From: Bacteroidaceae bacterium
GTDB lineage: Bacteria; Bacteroidota; Bacteroidia; Bacteroidales; Bacteroidaceae
Direction: 5' to 3'
Length of the DNA: 64,000 bases
Assembly: GCA_024697945.1 (NCBI GenBank)
Contig: JAILRU010000016.1
Span: 4,588-68,587 of the forward strand
How positions within the stretch are numbered: the stretch's first letter is position 1; each line of letters starts with the position of its first letter. The notes under the pieces were generated by a model. That model did no database searches. It was given only the letters and a program-made list of their open reading frames with translations, and was not told where the DNA came from. A program made the position numbers and the translations under genes. Of this stretch, positions 27,401 through 36,136 are shown one piece after another.

Positions 27401-27888
27401 TTGAGGTGCCCGACAAGGTGACGTCCATCGGTGAGGACGCCTTCGCCTATTGCGGTTCGCTGCAGACGGTGATAATCGGCAAGGGAACAAAGACATTGTC
27501 GAAGGGTGCCTTCTACGACTCGAAGGTCAAGGACGTCTATGTCAAGGCCTTGACACCGCCAAGCACCAGCAGCTATCTCTTCAGCAGCAATCCCGTCATC
27601 CACGTCTATGCCAGCGCCCTCGACAAGTACAAGGCCTCCGGATGGGCAGAATTCGGCACCATCGTGGGCGACCTCGACGACGACTTCGTGGATGCCATCA
27701 GGGAAGTTCCAGAGTACTCCGAGAGCTCTGAGAGCTCTGAGAGCTCAGGCCGTTGCTACGATCTCAGCGGCCGCCGCATTGATAATTCTTCGCAAAGCTC
27801 AGGCGCAGGCGGAGCAAAATTCAAAATTCAAAATTCAAAATTGCCAAAAGGAATCTACATCCAGGACGGCAGAAAGATACTTCGCTAA
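24487..27888 (+). CDS. M60-like (enhancin-type) zinc metallopeptidase flanked by two BspA-LRR modules, with T9SS CTD (1133 aa)
   Basis: HEXXH as GTAHEFGHQLQS in the central domain. LRR modules at about aa 45-235 and 880-1075. C-terminus CYDLSGRR...LPKGIYIQDGRKILR. Confidence 0.8.
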   Translation: MKTTNLVRLFTAALFYLAATNNWAATEIHVETAGTLSSLLTSTEKELKVTGFINGSDIKYIRQLVTAGTVTSLDWSEVRIVSGGTAYFESYKTTDDIIGEKMFYKCSQLQQMVLPSTATEIKSNAFANTGLKSIDIPNSVRSLGEDAFAYCGSLATVVIGKKVNKLSKGSFYASEVQRAYVKPLTPPSPPSYLFSTNPKIYVYAEALADYRELGWSSYGTLYGTLENYYPQESDEDSSLAALCTQFFEDAACTQLKAEYQAMSDEDLNEELRVKSEELTDDGQLSMFTAMILKIKNNTWAAYEQEFRIHDYQAYSDAKTWNQKLWARCASYMGNPTGILTRSDGEQLYVFVDEDVPADATLYCAGIGMDQMFNTGKAGQKLKKGLNIIDGEANKLYYILYTADTKTMTKRVSEWPAMKIHIEGGKVDGYFDASRHKDADYKKLLNAAANTTFVVKGKHSVMNIRTSVLKQTYPNKIAKAIEALDSLSVWEKDLFGISEAVANGEKAGAPYYLTGGDAFYPGYFNNPTYVDNDSPGSVAHSTEYGIHISLDASKTFLNPYATNYDESGTAHEFGHQLQSPIMLEGTTEGSNDLFSCYCRLFMGHRSSMGEPLSSMMERYVEGEPFYWRGPNYGIIRMYYSLYLYYHQAQKNTSFFPELFKELRRDKIAPYGSNTNNSGLKFVRKVCEIAQEDLTDFFTVYGFFEPTSNRYLECYGDHYVTTRKADIATTKKKIAQYEKKNREIIFIEDRVEHVPTTNYIPRDGQYRIGESIGTYGDVGQFTSYLPGACEPSDYVYYQSDSLLSMVGTGGVGFLVLDEEGNIKYAANSRSFCLPSTLHSSPLTLYSCDADGTLHEVERRAGGTEAVELEAPGRLESALQNENVIKLILKGRIHGKDIKYMRQLIQDNCLQAIDLDQAQIIGNNTYAYYQSYKTTKDVMGEYAFHGFRKLVFMRLPQTITTIGTNAFSKSGLRMIEVPDKVTSIGEDAFAYCGSLQTVIIGKGTKTLSKGAFYDSKVKDVYVKALTPPSTSSYLFSSNPVIHVYASALDKYKASGWAEFGTIVGDLDDDFVDAIREVPEYSESSESSESSGRCYDLSGRRIDNSSQSSGAGGAKFKIQNSKLPKGIYIQDGRKILR
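25294..25321 (+). repeat. in-frame heptamer run GAGTTAA GAGTTAA GAGTGAA GAATTAA
   Basis: Encodes ELRVKSEEL. The third unit carries a T-to-G change at 25312, exactly where TAA would be in frame. Confidence 0.85.
27721..27747 (+). repeat. three tandem 9-mers GAGAGCTCT encoding SESSESSES before the CTD
   Basis: Direct reading. Confidence 0.9.
27779..27847 (+). repeat. 69-nt block shared with 13477-13545, inside the T9SS CTD, ending in (TTCAAAA)x3
   Basis: ttgataattcttcgcaaagctcaggcgcaggcggagcaaaa ttcaaaa ttcaaaa ttcaaaa ttgccaa encodes IDNSSQSSGAGGAKFKIQNSKLP. Confidence 0.85.
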
Positions 27889-27915
27889 CACCAAGGCGGA
27901 GCTTTTTCACTTTTT

Positions 27916-28001
27916 CGGAATTGAAAGGAAGTTAAAGAGAAGTTAAAGGGACGATAGTTTTAGGACCCAATAGTATTGTCCTTTTAACTTCATTTCCATT
28001 C
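27916..28001 (+). repeat. about 100-nt dispersed element, copy 2
   Basis: cggaattgaaaggaagttaaagagaagttaaagggacgatagttttaggacccaatagtattgtccttttaacttcatttccattc. Confidence 0.85.
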
Positions 28002-28063
28002 CTTTTAACTTCTTCCATTCCATTTTTCATTTTAATTGTTAATTTTTTTCGTTTTGTTTAGTT

Positions 28064-28096
28064 CCCCTCCCATCAAGGGGAGGACAGGGGTGGAGC
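28064..28096 (+). terminator. GC-rich hairpin cccctcc/ggggagg followed by a T-rich run (possible terminator of the M60 gene)
   Basis: cccctcc catcaa ggggagg acaggggtggagcc tttctttttt. Confidence 0.45.
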
Positions 28097-28195
28097 CTTT
28101 CTTTTTTCATTTATTTTTTCCTCTTCGGCTGAAAGGAAAAATTTGCTCCGCTGAGCATTTTATTGCTTAAGCCATGTCTTTCCGAATTGACGTTG

Positions 28196-28203
28196 CAAAA
28201 ATA
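28196..28203 (-). promoter_or_regulatory. orphan -7 box TAttTTTG on the minus strand
   Basis: Plus strand reads caaaaata in gttgcaaaaatacgac. It points toward the GC hairpin and copy 2 of the 100-nt element, with no ORF downstream. Confidence 0.4.
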
Positions 28204-28426
28204 CGACATGTCCACTGCGGTGTACGAATTTTTCATAAACTTTTATTGTCTAGTTATTTGCGACGCGGTCATGCTAGTCATTTGGTCATTTGTCAAAATC
28301 GATTTCGGATTGCAAAAAAGTGCCACTATATAGTGAGCCCCAAACGGATTTGAAAATCGAAAATGACCACTTTGACCTTGACCACTTTGACCACGCCGAG
28401 GTCAAGGAAAACGGCACAATGTTATC

Positions 28427-30535
28427 TTACCAAATATCCTCAGGATGTTCGGGGTTGTCATAGACTTCCTTCGGGCACCACTCAAGGTAATCGACGAAGA
28501 GCTGCTTTGTGGTGTAGTCCGGCTGCACGGTCTTGAAGCGCATGTAATAGACCTCGTCGGGCGACATGGGTTCGCGCACCACGATGCGTCGTGTTGAACC
28601 TGCATTCATGCGGTTTGTCTCCCTGCCGCCTGCATTGGCCACGATGTACTCAGGCCCCTTCATGAAGCCGTTGTTTCGCATCTTCTTATCAACCTCGGCA
28701 TCGTAGTCGTCGTCATCTGTGTCGCGCTCCCAACCGAGGATGTTGTTTGTGCTGTTACCGCCCAACTGCATATTGACGGGGATACCCTCGGCAATGAGCT
28801 GGTCTTTGCGGGAGCCCCAATAGACCTGGCAGATGCCGCGCGTGCCACTATAAGTGGAAACACCCATGCGAATCTCGTAAATACCGAACTTTGGTACAGG
28901 AGGCAATGTGAAGGTTATGTCATAGACTCCTTCGGCCAGCACCTCGTCGCCCTGATAGTTGGGCCAACTCTGGTCGCGACCGCTCAGGAGCATGAACCTG
29001 GTCTGCTTGCTGTTGACGACCATATTATCGAAGTACTGTTTGTCGGGGTCGCTGGAGAAGTACCAGCAGGCATCGGTCTTGGACGTAAGGCGCAAGTCAT
29101 TGTTCATGGCTTCGGGCTGGAACTCCCATGAATCGTAGCGGAGGCGAACCTTGCCGAGTTCGTTGCGGACATGTTCCGTATAGGCGATGGGTTCGTTGAT
29201 GGGATAGATGATGGCATTGATTAGCTTGACGATGCCGGATGTCTCGTCGGTAACGATTTTTACTCCCTTGTTTGCTTCGGAACATTCTTTCTCATGGTAG
29301 TTGTCGTGTCGTCCGTTGTTGAGTTTAGGGAAGCGGTTGAGGCATGGTCCGTCGCTCTCGGCACTTTCCCAGATACGCAAGAGACGGCGCTTGCCCATCG
29401 TCACGTAGTGTGCCCAGACGGGAATGACGGGTGAGGCGTTCTTATTCTTGTAGTTGTAGCCTCTCTCGTTATAGTGTAGGGCAAGCTTATCCACGGGGAT
29501 GCGTTGGGGCAACAGGTGATAGGTGACAAAAAGATTGAGAAGGTTTTTCTCGTTGGAGAAATTGCCATCCTTGATGCCATCAGGATAGTAGTCCTGACCC
29601 TCCACCCAGTCCATTACGTCCTGCACGGTGATACTCCTGCGGTCCTTGCCAAGCTCTCTCTCCCAGAACTCGTCTTTCTCGGCAAAGAGGGTAAAGCCAT
29701 ACTTGCGATGCTCTGGTGGGGGAATCGGCCAACTGCGTAGCTGCCAGTTGAAATCGGGGAATGCTCCCGTCTTGTAGAGCATTTCGTAGCGCTCGTCCCT
29801 CACCGCCGTAAGGGTGTCTATCAGGCCACAGGCTTCCACACATCGTGCCATTACACTGAGGTTGCAGGTGGAATCTGCTGCAAACTTGTGGAGGGTGCTG
29901 CCGAGCGTCTCGTTACTGGGATTGATGACGTAGCCCACCTGATGGATGAATCCGTTGATGGTCTCTATGTCGCGATTGGTCAACGAAATGGGGCAGATGC
30001 CGTCGATGGAGCAGCTGTCGAGGTTGTTCCTATAATAGGTGACGCTTATCTTACGGTCTGCCATCGTATTGATTTCAAACTCTTCGTTGGTCTTTGGGAA
30101 CTCTGCTGTTATGAATGTCCTTTCGTACTTCGTTCCGTCGATGATACTGTTAAGGACTATGACGGCACGGATGCTGTCCCTTGCCCTATCATCGGGGAAG
30201 GCATCCCAAGTGGCCTGTGGGATGATGCCCTTGATGACGAGGGAGTCCATGTAGAGCTGGATGGCATCGTTGGTCGGAGCGAAACAGGTGTAGTAGCCGT
30301 AAGCGGTCATCAACTGATAGACCGAGGTCTCGCTGATATCGCTGACCTTTTGTTCCTTCAGAAGTCGCACATACTCGCTGTATTGTTCATGGCTGGTAAG
30401 GTAACTGGCGATGGTCCGTTCCTTAAACACGTAGCGTGCCGAGGTGTCAATGTGCTCAGTACAACCAACTATAAGCAGCGAAAATGTAAGAACAATGCTT
30501 AGAAAGAATGTAAATTGTCGTCCCAAAGTCTTCAT
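28427..30535 (-). CDS. fasciclin (FAS1) domain-containing lipoprotein (702 aa)
   Basis: Lipobox LLIVGC. N-terminal segment ..YYTCFAPTNDAIQLY.. typical of FAS1 domains. The remainder is unassigned. Confidence 0.55.
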   Translation of the reverse strand: MKTLGRQFTFFLSIVLTFSLLIVGCTEHIDTSARYVFKERTIASYLTSHEQYSEYVRLLKEQKVSDISETSVYQLMTAYGYYTCFAPTNDAIQLYMDSLVIKGIIPQATWDAFPDDRARDSIRAVIVLNSIIDGTKYERTFITAEFPKTNEEFEINTMADRKISVTYYRNNLDSCSIDGICPISLTNRDIETINGFIHQVGYVINPSNETLGSTLHKFAADSTCNLSVMARCVEACGLIDTLTAVRDERYEMLYKTGAFPDFNWQLRSWPIPPPEHRKYGFTLFAEKDEFWERELGKDRRSITVQDVMDWVEGQDYYPDGIKDGNFSNEKNLLNLFVTYHLLPQRIPVDKLALHYNERGYNYKNKNASPVIPVWAHYVTMGKRRLLRIWESAESDGPCLNRFPKLNNGRHDNYHEKECSEANKGVKIVTDETSGIVKLINAIIYPINEPIAYTEHVRNELGKVRLRYDSWEFQPEAMNNDLRLTSKTDACWYFSSDPDKQYFDNMVVNSKQTRFMLLSGRDQSWPNYQGDEVLAEGVYDITFTLPPVPKFGIYEIRMGVSTYSGTRGICQVYWGSRKDQLIAEGIPVNMQLGGNSTNNILGWERDTDDDDYDAEVDKKMRNNGFMKGPEYIVANAGGRETNRMNAGSTRRIVVREPMSPDEVYYMRFKTVQPDYTTKQLFVDYLEWCPKEVYDNPEHPEDIW

Positions 30536-30570
30536 AACTAATTCTTTAATCCTTTAAACCCTAAACCATG

Positions 30571-30652
30571 TACGCCTGATAAGACTCGAACTTACACGCC
30601 TCTCGGCACCAGATCCTAAGTCTGGCGTGTCTACCAATTCCACCACAAGCGC
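30571..30652 (-). tRNA. tRNA-Leu (anticodon UAG), class II with long variable arm
   Basis: Reverse complement is GCGCTTGTGGTGGAATTGGTAGACACGCCAGACTTAGGATCTGGTGCCGAGAGGCGTGTAAGTTCGAGTCTTATCAGGCGTA. Anticodon loop CTTAGGA. G1-U72 wobble noted. Confidence 0.8.
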
Positions 30653-30665
30653 ATGATGTCAGGGG

Positions 30666-30673
30666 CAAAGGTA
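30666..30673 (-). promoter_or_regulatory. -7 box TAccTTTG for tRNA-Leu
   Basis: Plus strand reads caaaggta, 14 nt from the tRNA 5' end. Confidence 0.5.
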
Positions 30674-30682
30674 CAATAAAAA

Positions 30683-30752
30683 GTGAAAAGTGAAAAATTA
30701 TTGAGAAAAATTATTGAGAAAAAAGTAAAAAAATAAAAATCAAAAATCAAAA
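30683..30752. repeat. stack of short AT-rich tandem words between divergent promoters
   Basis: gtgaaaa gtgaaaa; attattgagaaaa x2; aaaatca-type units. Confidence 0.7.
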
Positions 30753-30860
30753 TTATGATAAAATATGAAAAAAACAATCACTTTACTGCTGTTTTTGCAT
30801 TTATTATTCATTCTTTACTCATTTTGAATTTATAAATTTTGATTTTTGAATTAACCTTTG

Positions 30861-30868
30861 TATCTTTG
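30861..30868 (+). promoter_or_regulatory. -7 box TAtcTTTG upstream of pepC
   Basis: 25 nt upstream of the ATG at 30893. Confidence 0.6.
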
Positions 30869-30892
30869 CGCACAAAAATAAAAATAACAGAT

Positions 30893-32272
30893 ATGAAAAG
30901 AACGATTTTATGTGCCCTGTTCGTTGGAATGGCAGGTGTACAATGCTCAATCATCCATGCTCAGACGAGCATCACGCCCGATGTGCTCAAGCAATTGGGA
31001 GGTAGCTATACAGGAACTCCCGCAGAAAAGGCGCTCCGCAACGCCATCAGCAACGTAGGCCTCGCAAAGATGGCTATCAACCAGGAGAATGTCGGCGCGA
31101 AGGACAAGGATTTCACCATCGAGGTGAAGAACACGGGTATTACCGACCAGAAGAGCAGCGGCCGTTGCTGGCTCTTCACGGGACTGAACATCCTGCGCGG
31201 CAGGGCGATGCGCAAGCTCGGCACAAAGGACCTCGTCCTCAGCCAGTGCTACCTGTTTTTCTATGACCAGTTGGAGAAGAGCAACCTCTTCCTGCAGGGC
31301 ATCATCGACACACGCAAGCAGCCCATCGACAGCGAGATGGTGCGCTGGCTCTTCCAGCATCCGCTCTCGGACGGCGGCACCTACACGGGCGTGGCAGACC
31401 TCGCCACGAAGTATGGCGTAGTGCCAGCAGACATCATGCCAGAGACCTACGTCAGCAACAGCACCAGCGAGTTCTGCGGACATCTGAAGAGGAAGCTCCG
31501 CGAGTTCGGCATCACCCTTCGTGAGAAGAGCGAGGCAGGCATGAGCGAAAAGCAGCTTCAGGCTCTCAAGGTGGAACAGCTCGGTACAGTGTATAAGATG
31601 CTCGTGATGGCTTATGGTGTGCCTCCAAAAAATTTTACTTGGAAAGACAAGAGCTACACTCCACAGGAGTTTTTCAAGACTTATTGTATCGACGAGGGCG
31701 AGGACCTCAACAGGGATTATGTGATGCTGATGAACGACCCGAGCCGTCCCTACAACACAGTCTTCGAGATTGACTACGACCGCCACGTCTATGACGGACA
31801 CAACTGGCTCTACGTCAACCTGCCCATTGAGGATTTGAAGGGTATTGCCATTGCCTCCCTCAAAGACAGCTGCCAGATGTACTTCAGCTGCGACGTCAAT
31901 AAGTTCCTCGACCGTAGCACAGGCATCGCCGACTTGGGCAACTTCGACTACGGAAGCCTGCTGGGAACGACCTTCGGCATGAACAAGAAGCAACGCATCC
32001 AGACTCTCGACAGCGGCAGCACGCATGCTATGACCCTGATGGCTGTTGACCTCGACAACGAGGGCAAAGCGAAGAAGTGGAAGGTGGAGAACAGCTGGGG
32101 TTCGGACAGCGGCATGAACGGCTACATCATGATGACCGACGAATGGTTCCGCGAATACATGTTCCGTGTGGTAGCGAACCGCCGCTATTGTCCAGCCTCC
32201 GTCCTAGAAATGTTGAAGCAGAAGCCAATCCGTCTCCCCGCTTGGGACCCAATGTTTAGCGAAGAGGATTAG
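30893..32272 (+). CDS. pepC: aminopeptidase C / bleomycin hydrolase-type C1B cysteine peptidase
   Basis: Signal-like N-terminus, QKSSGRCWLF active-site Cys motif, length and C-terminus typical of PepC. Start moved to the ATG at 30893, downstream of the promoter box. Confidence 0.85.
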   Translation: MKRTILCALFVGMAGVQCSIIHAQTSITPDVLKQLGGSYTGTPAEKALRNAISNVGLAKMAINQENVGAKDKDFTIEVKNTGITDQKSSGRCWLFTGLNILRGRAMRKLGTKDLVLSQCYLFFYDQLEKSNLFLQGIIDTRKQPIDSEMVRWLFQHPLSDGGTYTGVADLATKYGVVPADIMPETYVSNSTSEFCGHLKRKLREFGITLREKSEAGMSEKQLQALKVEQLGTVYKMLVMAYGVPPKNFTWKDKSYTPQEFFKTYCIDEGEDLNRDYVMLMNDPSRPYNTVFEIDYDRHVYDGHNWLYVNLPIEDLKGIAIASLKDSCQMYFSCDVNKFLDRSTGIADLGNFDYGSLLGTTFGMNKKQRIQTLDSGSTHAMTLMAVDLDNEGKAKKWKVENSWGSDSGMNGYIMMTDEWFREYMFRVVANRRYCPASVLEMLKQKPIRLPAWDPMFSEED

Positions 32273-32311
32273 TGTTTCTGGCAAATTCAAAATTAATAAA
32301 TTCAAAATTAA

Positions 32312-32647
32312 GTGGAAACTACAAGACAAAATAAAATTGCACGTCTCATTCAGAAGGAATTGAGCGATATCTTCCAGAAGCAGACAAGCGCCATGCATGG
32401 TGTTCTGGTCAGCGTCAGTGTCTGCCGCATCAGTCCCGACTTGAGCGTTTGTCGCGTTTATCTCAGCGTCTTCCCCAGCGAGAAAGCGCAGGAGATTGTG
32501 CAGAACATCAACACCAACCAGCGTCAGGTTCGCTACGAACTCGGCACACGCGTCGGCAAGCAGCTTCGCATTATCCCCGAGCTCAAGTTCTTTATCGACG
32601 ACAGTCTGGACTATGTGGAACATATTGATGAGCTTTTGAAACAGTGA
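32312..32647 (+). CDS. rbfA: ribosome-binding factor A (GTG start)
   Basis: R.NKIARLIQKELSDIF and LRIIPEL.F..D motifs; 111 aa. Confidence 0.85.
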   Translation: METTRQNKIARLIQKELSDIFQKQTSAMHGVLVSVSVCRISPDLSVCRVYLSVFPSEKAQEIVQNINTNQRQVRYELGTRVGKQLRIIPELKFFIDDSLDYVEHIDELLKQ

Positions 32648-33882
32648 ATTATGAATTGTTCATAGCCCGTCGGTACCTTTTTGCCAAAAAGAGCCATCAT
32701 GCCATCAACATCATCAGTGGCATATCGGTACTTGGCATAGCCATTGCTACGATGGCAATGGTGGTCACGCTGAGCGTCTTCAACGGCTTTCAGGACCTGG
32801 TGGCAGACCTCTTTACAGCCTTCGACCCCGAATTGCGCGTCACACCCAAAGACGGACAGGCGGTCAATGCCAAAGACACGGCCCTGCTGAAGCTCAAACG
32901 CAGCGAAGTGGTGGATGTCTATACACCGACCCTTGAAGGACAGGCGCTTGTAGTGCAAAACGGCAGGCAGCAAGTTGTGACCATCAGAGGTGTGGCAGAC
33001 AATATCACAGAGCAGTCGCACATCGAGGACATCCTATATGGTGATGGGACCTTCTGTCTGCATGCCGATGTGTTGGAATATGGTATATTGGGCATACAGT
33101 TGGCACAACAGTTGGGACTCTCCGCTTTCTTTGAGAATCCGTTGCAGGTATATGCTCCCAAGCCTGGTGAGCGTGTCAACATCGGCAATCCGCTTTCTTC
33201 TTTCAACCACGACGAGCTGCAAAGCCCAGGTGTTGTCTTTATGGTCAGGCAGGCAAGGTATGATGCAGGGTACATCATCACTAGCTTGCAGTTTGCTCAG
33301 CAACTCTTTGACCGAGAAGGCATGGTGTCGTCCATAGACCTGAAACTCAAGGATGGCGTCAATACTGACAAGGCAAAGCATCAGATACAGGCTCAGGTCG
33401 GTGAGCGTTTCAAGGTGGAGGACCGCTATGAGCAGCAGAACGACATTTTCCGCGTCATGCGTATTGAGAAGTTCATCTCCTATTGCTTCCTCTCCTTCAT
33501 TCTTCTAGTGGCATGCTTCAACATCATCGGCTCACTTTCGATGCTCATGATTGATAAACGGCAAGACATCCAGACTCTTAGAAGTCTCGGAGCAACCGAT
33601 GCGCAAATATGCACCATCTTCCGCCTTGAAGGACACATCATCAGCTTGGCGGGAGCATTGCTTGGACTGACACTTGGAGCTGTTCTCTGTTGGATACAGC
33701 AGGAGTTTGGTCTGGTCAGCATGGGAGGCAGCGAAGGGAGTTTCATCGTAGAGGCTTACCCTGTCAGTGTCTATCTGACGGATATTCTGCTTGTCCTTAT
33801 CACGGCTCTCGCTGTAGGTTGGATAGCAATATGGTATCCAGTGAAATATCTTGTTGGTAAGATATTAAAGATTAAGGATTAA
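32644..33882 (+). CDS. FtsX-like ABC transporter permease (LolC/E family)
   Basis: FIARRYLF N-terminus, MacB-like periplasmic domain, FtsX C-terminal TM bundle; 412 aa. Confidence 0.75.
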   Translation: MNYELFIARRYLFAKKSHHAINIISGISVLGIAIATMAMVVTLSVFNGFQDLVADLFTAFDPELRVTPKDGQAVNAKDTALLKLKRSEVVDVYTPTLEGQALVVQNGRQQVVTIRGVADNITEQSHIEDILYGDGTFCLHADVLEYGILGIQLAQQLGLSAFFENPLQVYAPKPGERVNIGNPLSSFNHDELQSPGVVFMVRQARYDAGYIITSLQFAQQLFDREGMVSSIDLKLKDGVNTDKAKHQIQAQVGERFKVEDRYEQQNDIFRVMRIEKFISYCFLSFILLVACFNIIGSLSMLMIDKRQDIQTLRSLGATDAQICTIFRLEGHIISLAGALLGLTLGAVLCWIQQEFGLVSMGGSEGSFIVEAYPVSVYLTDILLVLITALAVGWIAIWYPVKYLVGKILKIKD

Positions 33883-33884
33883 AG
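33864..33884 (+). repeat. heptamer run ATTAAAG ATTAAGG ATTAAAG providing the C-terminus and stop of the permease gene
   Basis: Encodes ..LKIKD*. The TAA of unit 3 is the in-frame stop. Confidence 0.8.
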
Positions 33885-33887
33885 ATA

Positions 33888-35117
33888 ATGCCAACGGCAT
33901 ATCCATACGCCCGACCACTTTATGTAATGGCAAAGCCAGCAGGTCCATTGTGTAACCTACGTTGCCAATACTGCTATTATTTGGAGAAGCAACATCTGGT
34001 TAATTCAAAATTCAAAATTCAAAATTCAAAAGAGTGGGGCATGAGTTCTTCGCTCCTGGAGCAATTTACACGTGATTATATTCAATTACAGCAGACACCT
34101 GATGTGCTTTTCACTTGGCACGGGGGAGAACCGATGCTCAAACCGCTCAGTTTCTACAGGCAGGCAGTTAGGCTCCAGCAGTACTATGGGCGCAGCAAGC
34201 GCATCAGTAACAGCATACAGACCAACGGACTCTTCCTGACACCCGAATGGTGCCAATTCCTGCACGATGAAGGCTGGCTTGTTGGTATCAGCATCGACGG
34301 AACACAGGAACAGCACGACGCCTATCGCATTGATGCACAAGGACAAGGCACTTTCGAGCGGGTTATGGAGGGTATTCGAATGCTCAATGAGTACGGAGTA
34401 GAGTGGAATGCAATGGCAACTGCCAACCATCACAATGCCCAAGACCCTATTGCCTTCTATCGCTTCTTCCGCGATGAGTTGCATTGCAAGTACCTGCAGA
34501 TTAGTCCTGTCGTGGAACGCATCAGGGAGCATAGCGACGGCAGGCATTTGGCACAACTCTTCGACGAGGACTGCCCCATCGCTCCATTCAGCATACGTCC
34601 TGAGGAATGGGGACATTTCATGTGCGCTATCTTCGACGAGTGGGTTCGGCACGATGTGGGAGAAATGTTTGTGCAGCTCTTCGATGCGACACTTGCCGGC
34701 TGGATGGGCGTGGAGCCTGGTGTCTGCGTCTATGCCGAAGAGTGCGGGCATGCGGCCGTCATGGAGAAAAACGGCGACGTGTATTCCTGCGACCACTTCG
34801 TTTTTCCACAATATAAATTAGGTAACATACGCGAAAACGGCCTGCCGCAGATGCTCTACGGCGCAAAACAAAATCGCTTCAGCCGATTGAAGAAAGAGGC
34901 TCTTCCACGTCAGTGTCGCGAGTGTCAATGGCTCAAGGCTTGTCACGGAGAATGTCCGCGTCTTCGCTTCCTTCATACAGCCGACGGAGAACCAGGACTA
35001 AATTATCTCTGTGCGGGCTACCGCATTTTCTTCCAACATGTGGCACCTTACATGGATTATATGCGTCAAGAACTCCTTGCAGGTCGTTCCGCAAGCGGAG
35101 TGATGAAACTTTTCTGA
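33888..35117 (+). CDS. anaerobic sulfatase-maturating enzyme (radical SAM / SPASM)
   Basis: CNLRCQYCYY cluster motif, FTWHGGEP, C-terminal SPASM cysteines CDHF...C.EC....C.GEC; 409 aa. Confidence 0.85.
   Translation: MPTAYPYARPLYVMAKPAGPLCNLRCQYCYYLEKQHLVNSKFKIQNSKEWGMSSSLLEQFTRDYIQLQQTPDVLFTWHGGEPMLKPLSFYRQAVRLQQYYGRSKRISNSIQTNGLFLTPEWCQFLHDEGWLVGISIDGTQEQHDAYRIDAQGQGTFERVMEGIRMLNEYGVEWNAMATANHHNAQDPIAFYRFFRDELHCKYLQISPVVERIREHSDGRHLAQLFDEDCPIAPFSIRPEEWGHFMCAIFDEWVRHDVGEMFVQLFDATLAGWMGVEPGVCVYAEECGHAAVMEKNGDVYSCDHFVFPQYKLGNIRENGLPQMLYGAKQNRFSRLKKEALPRQCRECQWLKACHGECPRLRFLHTADGEPGLNYLCAGYRIFFQHVAPYMDYMRQELLAGRSASGVMKLF
34004..34031 (+). repeat. in-frame (TTCAAAA)x4 inside the anSME gene
   Basis: Encodes NSKFKIQNSK right after the radical SAM cysteine motif. 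Confidence 0.9.
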
Positions 35118-35233
35118 TGTTTTCTTTACACGAAGTTTGCAATTCCGCTCAAAAAATTGTATCTTTACGCCGCAAAAATAAAAAATTCAAGAAAAATACA
35201 TATAAAACCTTTTAAATTCATACCATAAATAGC

Positions 35234-36112
35234 ATGACAGACAGAGTTATTACAGAAGTCACGCCGTTGGGAGAAAAAGACTGTTTCCTGATGGTGGATC
35301 GAGAAAAAGACTCTTTCACCTATCCCTTACACAAACATGAGGAGATGGAGTTGAATTTTGTAGAGAATTGCGACGGTGCACGTCGAATAGTAGGTGACAG
35401 CATTGAGGTGCTCGGCAAGTACGACCTGGTACTCGTGGGCAGCGGATTGGAGCACATGTGGGATCAGTACGACTGTACGAGCCATTCCATTCATGAGATT
35501 ACCATTCAGTTCCCACCTGACCTGCTTGGCGAACAGTTCCTGCAGAAGAACCAATTAAGCAGCTTGCGCACACTCTTCGAGAATGCCAAGCGCGGTATTG
35601 CCTTCGAGTTACCTGCCATCATGGAACTGTACGGCAAGATTAACGGTATCACATCGGCTCAGCCAGGCTTCTATCGTATGCTATCGCTGCTTGAGATCCT
35701 CTATGAACTCTCATTGCAAGAAAACTATCACCTATTGGCCAGCAAATCGTTTGCCAACGTGAAGAACCAACCCGAAAGCCGCCGTGTTCGTGCTGTCGAG
35801 GAACATATCGACCAGAATTTCAAGAAGGAGATACGCCTCAAGACACTTGCCGACATAGCCGGCATGACACCTGCTGCCTTCAGCCGCTTCTTCCGTACTC
35901 GTACAGGCAAGACCGTCTCTGACTACATCATCGACATCCGCCTGGGCTATGCTGCCCGCCTTCTTGTCGATACGCATACCAGTGTGGCTGAAATCTGCTA
36001 CAGTTGCGGTTTCAACAATATCAGCAACTTCAACCGCATCTTCAAGAAGAAGAAAGGTTGTTCGCCTACTGCCTTCCGCGACAACTACCATAAGAGCAAG
36101 ATTATTATCTAA
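35234..36112 (+). CDS. AraC family transcriptional regulator (cupin-like N-domain plus HTH)
   Basis: C-terminal ..IAGMTPAAFSRFF...VAEICYSCGFNNISNFNRIFKK.. HTH_18 pattern. Confidence 0.8.
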   Translation: MTDRVITEVTPLGEKDCFLMVDREKDSFTYPLHKHEEMELNFVENCDGARRIVGDSIEVLGKYDLVLVGSGLEHMWDQYDCTSHSIHEITIQFPPDLLGEQFLQKNQLSSLRTLFENAKRGIAFELPAIMELYGKINGITSAQPGFYRMLSLLEILYELSLQENYHLLASKSFANVKNQPESRRVRAVEEHIDQNFKKEIRLKTLADIAGMTPAAFSRFFRTRTGKTVSDYIIDIRLGYAARLLVDTHTSVAEICYSCGFNNISNFNRIFKKKKGCSPTAFRDNYHKSKIII

Positions 36113-36136
36113 TTCATAAACTAAAGATTCAAAATT

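Noticed and set aside
30765-30827. 20-codon ORF MKKTITLLLFLHLLFILYSF* between tRNA-Leu and pepC, resembling a signal peptide.
   Set aside because: It is too short, lies in AT-rich word-repeat DNA, and has no promoter box of its own. It is probably fortuitous or a gene remnant.
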